From contig NC_086108.1 in assembly GCF_963921235.1 (NCBI RefSeq), positions 75,952,001-76,016,000 on the forward strand: a stretch of 64,000 nt of DNA. The letters run 5' to 3'. The notes under the pieces are model-generated. The model was not told the DNA's origin. It worked only from the letters and a program-made list of their open reading frames with translations, and did no database searches. The position numbers and the translations under genes are program-made. This document shows positions 1-12,400 of the stretch, piece by piece. Origin of the DNA: Mobula hypostoma. Its lineage: Eukaryota. Numbering within the stretch: position 1 is the stretch's first letter; every line of letters begins with the position of its first letter.

Positions 1-830
1 TGTACTATTCTATGTTCTATACCACAGGCTCTTATCTTGTTCAGCAGCCTCTGAAAATCCGAATACACAACATCCACCAATTCTCCTCTGTCTATCCTGC
101 TTGTTATTTCTTAAAAGAATTCCAACAGATTTGTCAGGTAAGATTTCCAATTGAGGAAAGCATGCTGACTTCGGCCTATTTTATCATGTGCCTCCAAGTA
201 CCCCAAAGCCACAACCTCAACAATTAACTTCAACATCTTCCCAACCACTGAGTCAGACTAACTGGCTTATAATTTCTTTTCTTCTGCCTCACTCTCTTCT
301 TGAAGAGTGGAGTGATATTACAATTCACCAGACCTCCAAAATCATTTCAGAATCTAGTGATTCTTGAAAGATCATTACTAATGCTTCCACAATCTCTTCA
401 GCCACCTCTTTCAGAACCTTGGGGTGCAGACCATCTGAACCAGGTGACTTATCTACCTTCAGACGTTGCACTTTTTCATTGATAATGGCAACTTCAGTCA
501 CTTCTGCCTTCTGACACTATTGAATTTCTGGCACATTTCTAGTGTCTTCCAGAGAAGACTGTTGCAAAATACTTATTCAGTTCATTTGCCATTTCTTTGT
601 CCCTCATTAGTACTTCTCCAGCATCATTTTCCAGCAGTCCGATGTCTACTTTCACCTCTGTTTATGCATTGAAGAAACTTTTGGTATCTTCTTTAACATT
701 ATTGGCTAGCTTACCTTTGCATGCCATCTTTTCCCTCTGATTTTGGTTGCCTTCTGTTGCTTTTTAAAAGCTTCCCAATCCTCTAACCCTGCTAATTGTG
801 CTCTACTATATGCCCTCTCTTTGTATCAGT
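1..830 (-). mobile_element. CR1 LINE fragment (RT region), degenerate
   Basis: Reverse complement matches the CR1 RT segment seen on + at ~1000-1640. Confidence 0.8.
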
Positions 831-834
831 ATTA

Positions 835-1640
835 CAGTGGAGTAAAGGGAATTTGAGGCATGAGAGAGGAGCTGGCCAAGTTGATTGAAAGGAATTCTAG
901 CAGGAATGATGGCAGAGCAGCAAATGCACAGGTTAGATACACCCCAAATATAAAGTATTCTAAATGGAGGATGTGGCAACCATGGCTAACAAGGGAAGTG
1001 AAGGCTAGCATAAAAGCAAAACAGAGGGCATAAACTGTAAAATAGAGAAAAGATGAAATATGAGGAAGTTGGCCCATAATACAAAAGAGGATACCAAATG
1101 TTTTTTTCCAGATATATAAAGAGTAAAGGAGAAGCGAGACTGGATACTGGACCTCTAGAAAATGACACTGGAGAAATGAGGAGAGGTGCTTGGGAAGCTG
1201 AAAGGTCTAAGCCAGTAAGTCACCTGGACCAGAGGGTAGCTGAAAAAATTGTGGAAGCATTAGTAATGATCTTTTAAGAATCACTAGATTATGGAATGGT
1301 GCCAGGTGAATGGAAAATTGCAAATATCATTCCACACTTTAAGAAGGGAGAGAGGCAGGCAGAAGAAAGAAAAACATTGGCCAGTTAGCCTGACTTAAAT
1401 GTTGGGATGATACTTGAGTCCATTATTAAGGATGAGCTTTTGGGGTACTTGGAGGTGCATGATAGGATAGGCCAAATTCAGCACGGTTTCCTTAAGAAGA
1501 AGTCTTGCCTGACTAACCTGTTGGAATTATTTGAGGAAATAACAGGCAGGGTAGACAAGGAGAGTCATTGGATGTTGTTTATTTGGATTTTTCAGAAGGC
1601 CTCTGACAAGGTCCCACACGTGAGGCTCCTTAACAAGATA
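835..1640 (+). mobile_element. CR1 LINE fragment (RT N-terminal)
   Basis: QHGFLKKKSCLTNLLELFEE and FQKASDKVPH motifs. Confidence 0.85.
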
Positions 1641-1644
1641 GTGG

Positions 1645-2790
1645 CAGAATGAACATTTGGCCCATCATCTGCTCCACCATTTCATTATGACTGATCCAGA
1701 TCCCCTCCATTTTCCAGTTCCCAAATATCCTGCCTTTTTCCCCATGTCCCTGCAGGCCTGGAATAATCAAGACTCTAGCAACCCCTGCCTCAAACATATC
1801 CAATGTCTTGGCCTCCACAGTTGCCTGTAGAAATGAATTCCACAGATTCACCACTCCCTGGCTAAAGAAGTTTCTCCTCATCTCCATTATAAATGAATGT
1901 CCCTCCGTTCTGAAGCTGTGTCCTCTGGTTTTAGACTCTTCCACCATAGGAAACATCCTCTCTATATCGACTCTATCGAGGCCTTTCACACTTTATAGAT
2001 TTCAACGAGATCATCTCTCATTCTTCTTAGTTCCAGTGAGTACAGGCTCAGAGCCTGCAAATGTTCCTCATATGATAAGCCTTTCAATCCTGGAATCATT
2101 TACATCAACCTCCTTTGAACCCTCTCCAATGTCAGCACATCCTTCCTTAGATAAGGGGCCCAAAATTGCTCACAGTACTCCAGGTGAGACATCATCAATA
2201 TTTTATAAAGCCTCAACATTACATTTTTGCTTTTATATTCTAGTCCTCTCAAAATGAATGCTGATATCATATTTGCCTTCCCCACTCCCGACTCAACCTG
2301 CAAATTAACCTTTAAGAGTATCCTGCACGAGAACTCCCAAGATCCTTTGCAGCTCAGATTTTTAAAATTTTCTCACAATTTAGAAAATAGTCTACGCTTT
2401 TATTTTTTTTACCAAAGTGCATGGCGATACACTTCCTGACGTATTCCATTTGCCACTTCTTTACCCATTCTCCTAATCTGTCCAATTCCTTCTGTAGCCT
2501 CCCTGCTTCCTCAACATTACCTGCCCTTCCACCTATGTTCTTATTGTCCACAAACTTAGCCACAAAGCCATCAATTCTGTCATCCAAATTACAGACATAT
2601 AATGCAAAAAGCTGCTTGTGGAACACCACCAGTCACCAGCAACCAACAAGAAAAGGCTCCTTTTATTCCCACTCTTAACCTTCTGCCAATCAGCCATTGC
2701 TTTACCCATGCTAGAATCTTTCCTGTAATACCATGGGCTCGTAGCTTGTTAGTGCTTCCTTCCAATCAATTTTGGCCATTGAACCATTGC
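1645..2790 (-). mobile_element. CR1 LINE 3' portion
   Basis: [35 protein letters not shown] motifs and 3' UTR. Confidence 0.85.
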
Positions 2791-3305
2791 TCCTATTTCT
2801 TAAAATCTTAGGTTTTCTTATTCTGCTCCGAGCTTGATCTTAATCATAAAATGGTTGCCATTAGTCTGCTTCTCCCTAGCTGCTATAATGGTCCTTACGA
2901 TGCTTTACAAGGTTGTCAACTTCACAACGATGAAGTAGGCTATTTGGTCCAAAATTTTAATGTCCACAGCAACCTTCCCTGGCTCCTTTTGTTTAAATCC
3001 ACTTTTTACCAGTATCTAGGTAAGCTGCCTTAAAAAGTTATTAGTGTCTAGTTCTGGTCTGAAAAGCAAGTGAAAATTCTGCTATCAAATCCTTTCCTAA
3101 GCTTAAAAGCTATCTATCAACTTGCCATTTGGCATTTTTATTTAAGGAAAGTAGCCTCTGCCTATTCCCTCCTCCCTATCAAGTATAATAGATTCATGAT
3201 GGACAATACAATACATTTTAGGTTTGTGCCTAGATTTAATGGGCTGTAACAACACAAATGGATTTTCTAATCAGCATCTGCACTCAAATGATTTCCAGAC
3301 TTTAC

Positions 3306-3464
3306 CTTTTCTGGCTGGTGTACTTAAAACAAGATTTTGTAGCAGGGAAAAGTCATCATCTGAGCTAATGTCTGCCAAGCTGAGAGTGCTACTCAGGTAG
3401 GAGTCAGAATCTTTAAGTGGCGCAGTCTTTGGTTTCTTTTTCATTTGCTGCCGTCTTCTTGCAT
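3306..3464 (-). CDS. CCDC163: CCDC163-like exon ([12 protein letters not shown]...[16 protein letters not shown]...TPARK)
   Basis: Acceptor tcatttcag|, donor AAG|gtaaag; phase 1 to 1; basic patch followed by a Ser/Asp-rich stretch. Confidence 0.75.
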
Positions 3465-6400
3465 CTGAAATGACATAACAAATGAAAGTCTATTTATGAA
3501 CATCTAAGATGTCTCTATGTGTAAAGTCAAGATGATGCTGCAGTGGATTTGGTGAGGGTGGGGTTAGGATATCCCCATTTTAAACATTTTCTGAGCCTAT
3601 ATTCTATTCAGCATCCAGTCTTGCAAAGTAACCCATTGTGAATTTTTGCACTTGTACATACTATTGATTATGCTTCCAAGGGAAAACTACAAGTTTAATT
3701 TTTTGCTCTGAATTCTTAAGCTCCATACTAGATACTTCATGTATTATAACATACAATTATTTTATATATTATAAACTTTACATTGTGGCATCTGGCAATT
3801 GGATGAGATTTTGTTTTAATCAGCCTCATTGAAAATAAATGATAGCTGCTCTTATTCTGACTATTTGAACTCTTTCTAGATGGTGTTTGGTTCTTTTCAT
3901 TCTTATATTGGTTCACTTTTCATGCAGGATGAGTCATCAGTATATGGTAGCATTTGGCAACCTTGCCTACTGTGAGCACATCTAAACTCGTAACCAAACT
4001 ATAACACATCTGCCGCAAGGTTCACTGAATTGTAATCAGAAAGTCATATCCAGGACCCAAGTGGAGTACACCCTGCAAACAGCAACGCCACACCAGTTGA
4101 GGAACAAACAACTTTTTTTGCTCGGTTTGACAGGGACACCAAAGAACCAGTGATGAAGGCCTTGACACTGAGGAGGACACAGCGCTGATACAGAGCACAA
4201 GAGTTGAGACGTACTCTCCACAATATCAAAACATGAAGAACAGCTGGACCAGACGGCATACCCAGGGGGGTTCTCAGGCACTGCACTGACCAGCAGGCAG
4301 AGGGTTTTAATGAAATCTATAACCCCTCTCTGTCCCTTGCTATGGTCCATGCATGCTTCAAAACATCAACTGTCATACCAATTCCAAAGTAGTCAGCGGT
4401 AACATGCCTTAACAGCAGACCAGTTGCACTCACCCCCATAGCTGTCAACTGTTTGGAGAGACTGGTTATGTCCCACATTAAGAACACATGTCTTACAATA
4501 AGAACGCATCCCTGCTACTCTGGACCAGCACCAGTTTGCCTACAGGGCAAACAGATCAACTGAGGATGCCATTGCTAACACTCTCCACATTGTACTGTAA
4601 CACCTAGAGCACAAGGCTACCAATGCCAAAATGCTTTTTATTGATAACAGTTTTGCCTTCAGCACCGTACTCCCAACAAGCTGACCACAGAACTACCCAA
4701 TCTGGGACTTAATGCATCAATTTGCAACCAGATTCTGGACTTTCTTACAAATCGCAGCCAGGCAGCAGACTTGGCAAGTATACTGTTGCAGGTATGTGCA
4801 CTGAGCCCACTCATTTACACCCTTTTCATGCATTACTGCACCCCTGCCTATGCCAGCAACTCCATCATTAAATCTGCAGACCACAGTGACTGGATTAATT
4901 AAAAATAACAACAAAGCAACATAAAGGGAGGAGGTGCAGAAACTGTCTGAGGTGTAATAACCATAACCTTTCCCTCAATATAAAAAAAAGAAAGAAATGA
5001 TTATTGACTTCGGGAAATCAAGGTATTAACAAGCTCCACTACTCATAAATGCTGAAATAGTGGAAAGGGTCTCCAGTTTTACGTTCTTGGGAGTGAACAT
5101 CACAGAGGAGCTCTCGTGGACCACCAACACCTCCTTGATAGTATGGAAGGCTCAGCAGCAGCACCTATATTATCTTAGGAGTTTAAAGAGAGCAAATCGG
5201 CCCCAAAAGCTGCTGGTAAACCTTTATTGATGTGTAATTGAGAACGTACTGACCTACTGTATGACAGTATGGTACATTAGCTGCAACAAGATTGACCAAA
5301 AAGCCCTTTAACAAGTAATCAAGACTGCACAAAACATCAGTGGGACACAACTACCACATATGGAAACCACCTACAACTCACGCTGTTTATGCTGGGCTTG
5401 CAACATCGTGATAGACTCAATTTCCACCATCCGGCCGGAGATACAGAAACATCTCTACAGGGACATCCAGATTGAAAACAGCTTTTTCCACAAGGCTGTC
5501 ACGCAACTGAACAATGCAACCCTCTCACCCTAGTCCACGGGCACTGTGGACAATCTCTAAATGCGATTCGTGGGCATGTGCAATATAAGGGTTTAAATGC
5601 AGCAGCTACTTTTTAAAAATCTCAGCTTTAATTCTTGATGCTATTTTCTATTTAATGATTGTATTTTATAACATGGGCATGTGCAATATACGAATGGGGC
5701 AGCTACCGTTACTTTCAATTATAAAGTTGTTTTTAATTGACTTACAACTTAGATGTCTCTAAATAACTCAGACATTATTTTAAATTTAGCCAATAGCTCA
5801 AATCTGAAATAAAGAAAAATAAAAGTGCTGTAAATGTGCATCAGGTTGGGCCCAGCTCATAAACCCAACATTTTAATGCTGTCTTGCTGTAGTTGCTGAC
5901 TCACCTGACTATTTCTAACATGTCCTAATATTGTTTTATATATTAAATTTAAACATGTCATTACAAGTACATTACTTCACTACAATTAAAAAAAGGCTTT
6001 ATGCATGAATAGAGATAACAAAATAAATGAAGAGTAAGTGAAGAAAACCAAATGCATAGACAAACTCAGGTGTGCATGATCATATAGAAATGGAAGAATT
6101 AAGAGAAAAGTGTGGAAAAGCAACTGAGGCAAAGAGAGACTTAAAAGTTATTTCAGAACATAAATGCAAACACTAGAGGTACCAAATGAAGTTAAGATTA
6201 AATTAGAACCATTAAAGGACAGGGCAGATGGGAGATGGAAGAGAAGAATATTATTACACTTTACAATTTACCAGTGGCATAACATAAATGATGAGGAGTA
6301 CAGTAAAAATAGAAGGGGACTTGCTAATCAAGCATCAGAACTTCACATGCACATTAGAAAGAAATTAGACGTGAGCCAGTCAAGCACAATGTACATACAT

Positions 6401-9400
6401 GTAGAATTTGTTTGAAAATACTGAGGCCGAGGACTGGCAGATAACACAAGAATGATATTTGAGAAGGGAGAAAAGAATGTGTCAGAGGAATTATAGACCC
6501 ATCAGTTTAACACTGGACTCCTTATAAGCAGAAGACTTCTCGGAGATTTTAAAAGAATTTTACTTGACCAGCCTTACTGATTTTTATTAAAAGAATTAAA
6601 CAGGGTAGACAACAGTAATAAAGTTGGCCAATATCTCAATATAAATAGCCCTCAATAAAATAATATATCACATTGAAAGTAATGTCAGTATATAAGCATC
6701 AAAATAGGTTACTAGCTGACTATGGCAGAATGCTAAGCATGGTCATAAAAGGCAGCTGTTAAGTGAAGAAGGTGGCTGCTGGCATTTCATAAGGGTTTAA
6801 ATGCCGGGCTGGATTGTAAAGGTCAGTGCTGGGCCATTGCTGTTGTTCAATTCCAAATATCAATTGACAATTTCAAAATTTATCAATGATACCAAATTTG
6901 GGAGTGAGAGAGGAAGGTATAACATACTACAAATTTATACACACCTGGTCTTAAAGGTGTACTGGTCCAGTTGTCAGCTAGCTGAATATTTTTCAGCTGT
7001 TCCTTCAAACTACCAACAGTGGATCTAAAAAAAATTTCAACTCAAACCATTAGTAATTAAATTATATAAAACATATAGGTGCAGTGGAACACTGAGCAAT
7101 AAATATAGCAAATTTAGAGTGACAATTTATTATAGATAGTTTAGAATTATTCCCTTCATAGATCCCTTTACAAATATAGGAAATTAGGAAAAGGAAGCAG
7201 TGACTAAAATTAAATTTTGTAATTTCATAACACCCTTCTAGGCTCCTGAAGTCATTTTGATCATATCTGACACAGCAAGATTGTGGTTGTTTTAATTACT
7301 TTGGGGGCAGCACTATAAATGTAGAGGGTAGTACCACAACCAGAAAAGTCTTCAAATGCTACATCAATGTATACATTCTAAGACTGGATGTTCACCTGCT
7401 TAATGATAATCCCAGTGAGAGATTGTGAAGAAGTCCATACTGACACGCAGTGACTATGGACATCATTCTACAGTGAATTGATAGGTAACAAGTCACAAAA
7501 TACCTGGGTTAAACTGCTGCCAAAGCAACATATTAAACGGGGCTAACATTACATTAACTTGTATACACTGGAATTTAGAAGGTTGAGAGGGGACCTGATT
7601 GAAACATATAAGATTATTAAGGGATTGGACATGCTAGAGGCAGGAAACATGTTCCCGATGTTGGGGGAGTCCAGAACCAGAGGCCACAGTTTAAGAATAA
7701 GGGGTAGACCATTTAGAACGGAGTTGAGGAAAAACTTTTTCACCCAGAGAGTTGTGCATCTGTGGAATGCTCTGTCTCAGAAGGCAGTGAAGGCCAATTC
7801 TCTGGATTCTTTCAAGAAAGAGTTAGATAGAGCTCTTAAAGATAGCGGAGTCAAGGGATATGGGGAGAAGGCAGGAACGGGGTACTGATAGTGGATGATC
7901 AGCCGTGATCACAGTGAATGGCGGTACTGGCTCAAGGGCCGAATGGCCTACTCCTGCACCTATTGTCTATTACCAAATTTTCCACATTAAATGTCCTTAC
8001 CATCATGATTGACCATGAATTCAAGTGAATTAGCTTTATTAATGTAATAGGTCACAATGGGTATTTTGCAACAGGTTACTCATTTCCCACGTCAAAACCA
8101 TCTTAACTATACATCATGTCAGGAATGCTTCTGTTTACTAATATAGATACAACTACAAGAGTGCACAAGAACAATATCCAGGAAAATTGTGTTAAACAGC
8201 TCACCTACTAGCTTAAGTATCTGGCCCTTCCAAAAAATGGCAAATTTGCCATTTTTGTTGCTGCATCATTTTATATGAAACAAAATGCAGCAGTTTACTG
8301 ATGCTTCCACAACCTAGAGGGAACATGGGCAGGAAATGTATATGCAGATTGTTGATCTCTGCTTCATATTATCCTGACGCAAACATACAAACCCTCCTTT
8401 CATTTTTCACTATTTCTCAACAGCAACAAAGAATGGATCTCCCATGAACTAATTTTAAAAAATCATGAATTAATGTTAAAAAAATCATAAATTAATGACA
8501 AAGTTTCATCTTGCACTGGTTGAACCACATCTTGAGTACTGTGTCGAGTTCTGATCACATTGAAAATTGCTGAGAAGACCCGCTAAGCTGAATGCAAGGG
8601 AAATTAATCATCCAAGTAATGGCTACATGACATTATTTCCAAGCCACAATCACAATTCTCAGATGATGGATTCAAACTAGGGCTTTGAATAGGAGAATGC
8701 AAGGAGAAAATAATGTTTAACAGAGTAAAAGGGGCTGCTGCCCTTTATGTCAATCCTAGCTTGTTGTTATCTGTAATTTTAACATCTATCTGTTGATATT
8801 AATTTCTTTTATAAATACTGCAGTACTTAAAACCCTTCAGCAGCTATGATTTTAAAAAAATAAACATAAATAAGGATAGATCAATTATTTTAAGCCATTC
8901 ACCTGATATTTGTAAGCTCCTGTCCTGAACATTCCCGCTCATGAGCTAACAATTGATACTTATTCATTAGTTCTCTCACCATCTATCAAGAAGGAACAAA
9001 GTGTCAATAAGTAAATATACAAGTAACTTCTTAACAATATTAGGCTGACACAAAGTGCTGTATAACACAAGACTTCAGAGAATGTAGACTGTAATGTAGG
9101 GAAGTCCCACAAAGAGATAGGATGGCTAAATAATTTTTCATTGAAATTAATGGGAATTAATATTGCCGAGCACTTCAGAAATTTCCTGTTCTCTCTGAAC
9201 TAAGCTGCAGTAAGATTTTATTCAAAGTTGATTTTGATATGTACCCTTCTAACTCTGGTTTAATGACTCAGTGGAGCACAGTCAGTACTGAGAAGATAAT
9301 TTAGTTCGTGCATGCCTTGCATCTAAACCATTGAAGCAAGAGGTGGTACAACTTAATAGAATAGTTGCCATTGCAATCAAAATTAAAAGGTTACATGATC

Positions 9401-12400
9401 TGCTAATAAACACCCAAATAAATAACAATTTATTCAGAACCAGTTCACTTAATACCAGGAATTATGTTTAAGCCTACAAAACAAGGACTTTTTGTTGACT
9501 TTGTTGGCTGAGTTTTCTACCTTAAAATGCATTTTTTTTCCTTTTCAAGTTGGATGGGTTCTATCAGTGCCCTTGACCTGCAGCTGCACTCAAACTGCAG
9601 TACTTTGCAGCAATGGGACCCGCTCCCAGGGCTCACCGACTGGCCATTTTTCAATATACCATGGGCGCATCTTCGGGATTAGAAACATAGAAAACCTACA
9701 GCACAATACAGGCCCTTTGGCCCACAAAGCTGTGCTGACCATGTCTTTACCTTAGAAATTACCTAGGGTTACCCATAGCTCTCTATTTTTCTGAGCTCCA
9801 TTTACTTGTCCAGGAGTCTCTTAAAAGACCCTATTGTATCTGCCTCCACCACCGTCGCCGGCAGCCCATTCCACGTACTCACCACTCTCTGTGTAAAAAA
9901 AAACTTACCCCTGACATCTCCTCTGTACCTACTACTTCCAAACACCTTAAAACTGTGCCCTCCCATGTTAGCCATTTCAGCCCCGGGAAAAAGCCTCTGA
10001 CTATCCACACGGTGAATGCCTCTCATCATCTTGTACACCTCTATCAGGTCACCTCTCATCCTCCGTCGCTCCAAGGAAAAAAGGCCGAGTTCAATCAACC
10101 TATTCTCCTAAGGCATGCTCCCCAATCCAGGCAAAATCCTTGTAAATCTCCTCTGCACCCTTTCTATGGCTTCCACATCTTTCCTATAGTGAGGCAACCA
10201 GAACTGAGCACAGTACTCCAAGTGGGGTCTGACCAGGGTCCTATATAGCTGCAACATTACCTCTCAGCTCCTAAACTCAATCCCACGATTGATGAAGGCC
10301 AATGCACCGTATGCTTTCTTAACCACAGAGTCAACCTGCGCAGCAGCTTTGAGTGTCCTATGGACTCAGACCCCAAGATCCCTCTGATCCTCCACACTGC
10401 CAACAGTCTTGCCATTAATACTATATTCTGTCATTATATTTGACCTACCAAAATGAACCACCTCACACTTATCTGGGTTGGACTCCATCTGCCACTTCTC
10501 AGCCCAGCTTTACATCCTATCAATGTCCCACTGTAACCTTTGACAGCCCTCCATGCTATCTACAACATCTCCAGCCTTTGTGTCATCAGCAAATTTACTA
10601 ATCCATCCCTCCACTTCCTCATCCAGGTCATTTATAAAAATCACGAAGAATAGGGGTCCCAGAACAGATCCCAGAGGCACACCACTGGTGACCGACCTTC
10701 ATGCAGAATATGACCCGTCTACAACCACTCTTTGCCTTCTGTGGGCAAGCCAGTTCTGGATCCACAAAGCAATGTTCCCCTTGGATCCCATGCCACCTTA
10801 CTTTCTCAATAAGCCTTGCATGGGGTACCTTGTCAAATGCCTTGCTGAAATCCATATATACGAATCTACTGCTCTACCTTTATCAATATGTTTAGTCACA
10901 TCCTCAAAAAAATCATTCAGAGTCATAAGGCACGACCTGCCTTTCACAAAGCCGTGCTGACTATTCCTGATCATATTCTGCCTCTTCAAGTGTTCATTAA
11001 TCCTTCCTCTCAGGATCTTCTCCATCAACTTACCAACCATTGAAATAAGACTCACTGGTCTATAATTTCCTGGGCTATCTCTACTTCCTTTCTTGAATAA
11101 TGGAACAATATCTGCAACACTCCAAACCTCTGGAACCTCTCCCGTCCCCATTGATGTTGCAAAGATCTTCGTCAGAGGCTCAGCAATCTCTTTTCTCGCC
11201 TCCCACAGTAGCCTGGGGTACATCCCGTCTGGTCCCGCTGACTTATCCAACTTGATGCTTTCCAAAAGCTCCAACACATCTTCCCTCTTAATATCTAGAT
11301 GCTCAAGCTTTTCAGTCCACTGTAAGTTCATCCCTACATTTGCCAAGATCCTTTTCCGTAGTGAATACTGAATCAAAGTACTCATTAAGTACCTCTGCTA
11401 TCTCCTCCGGTTCCATTCACACTTTTCAACCGTCACACCTGATTGGTCCTATTCTCTCATGTCTTATCCTCTTGCTCTTCACATACTTGTAGAATGCCCA
11501 GAGGTTTTCCTTAAACCTGTCTGCCAAGGCCTTCTCATGGTCCCTTCTGGCTCTCCTGATTTCTTTCTTAAGCTCCTTCCTGCTAGCCTTATAATCTTCT
11601 AGATCTCTATCATTACCTAATTTTTTGAACCTTTTGTAAACTCTTTTGAGAGTTCTGTGGCTTCGTGGCCTGTGGACGAATGAATACTATGCTGGTGGGG
11701 TAGAGTTTGCTGCCGATTCTTGAGTCAGAGAAAGTGATACAGCAGACTTTTACACCATAAATCAGTGAATTTTTTGATTTTGTTGGTCTCCCCTCTCACT
11801 GTGTGACACCTCTCTGTCCCTTTATTGGTGAGAGAGAGAGCCAGCTTGTGGCATGTCAAATTGGTCAGATGAACAATTCGTTTTTCTGCACTGCAGATCA
11901 TGGTCGAGTCGGTGGTGAGGAAGACAAATACGATGCTACCATTATTCTGAGAGGACTGGAATATAAAAGCAAGAATGTAATGTTGAGGCTTCACTTTGAG
12001 TTTTGTGAGCAGTTCTGGGCCCCTTATCTAAGCGATGTACTTTTGAACCCTCTCCTCTAACATTGGAGAAGGGTTAAAGTGGTTCATTAATATGATTCCA
12101 GGATTAAAAGGCTTATCATATGAGAAACAGTTGATGCCTCTGGGCTTATATTCACCGAAATTCAGAAGAATGAGGGGTAACCTCATTGAAACCTTTTAAA
12201 TGGTGAAAGGCCTTGTTAGAGTGGAGGTGGAGAGAATGTTTCCTAAGGTAAGGGAGTCCAAGACCAGAGGACACAGCCTCAGAATAGAGTTGAGGAGGAA
12301 TTTCTTTAGCCAAGGAGTGATGAATCTGGAATATGTTGCCACACACATCTGTGGAGGTCAAGTCATTGGGTATATTTAAGCCAAAGACTGATAGATTATT

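Noticed and set aside
5903..5925. Possible 20-nt minus-strand micro-exon (ag...CAG|gtgagt)
   Set aside because: It would break the reading frame between flanking exons and lies in decayed SINE-like sequence.
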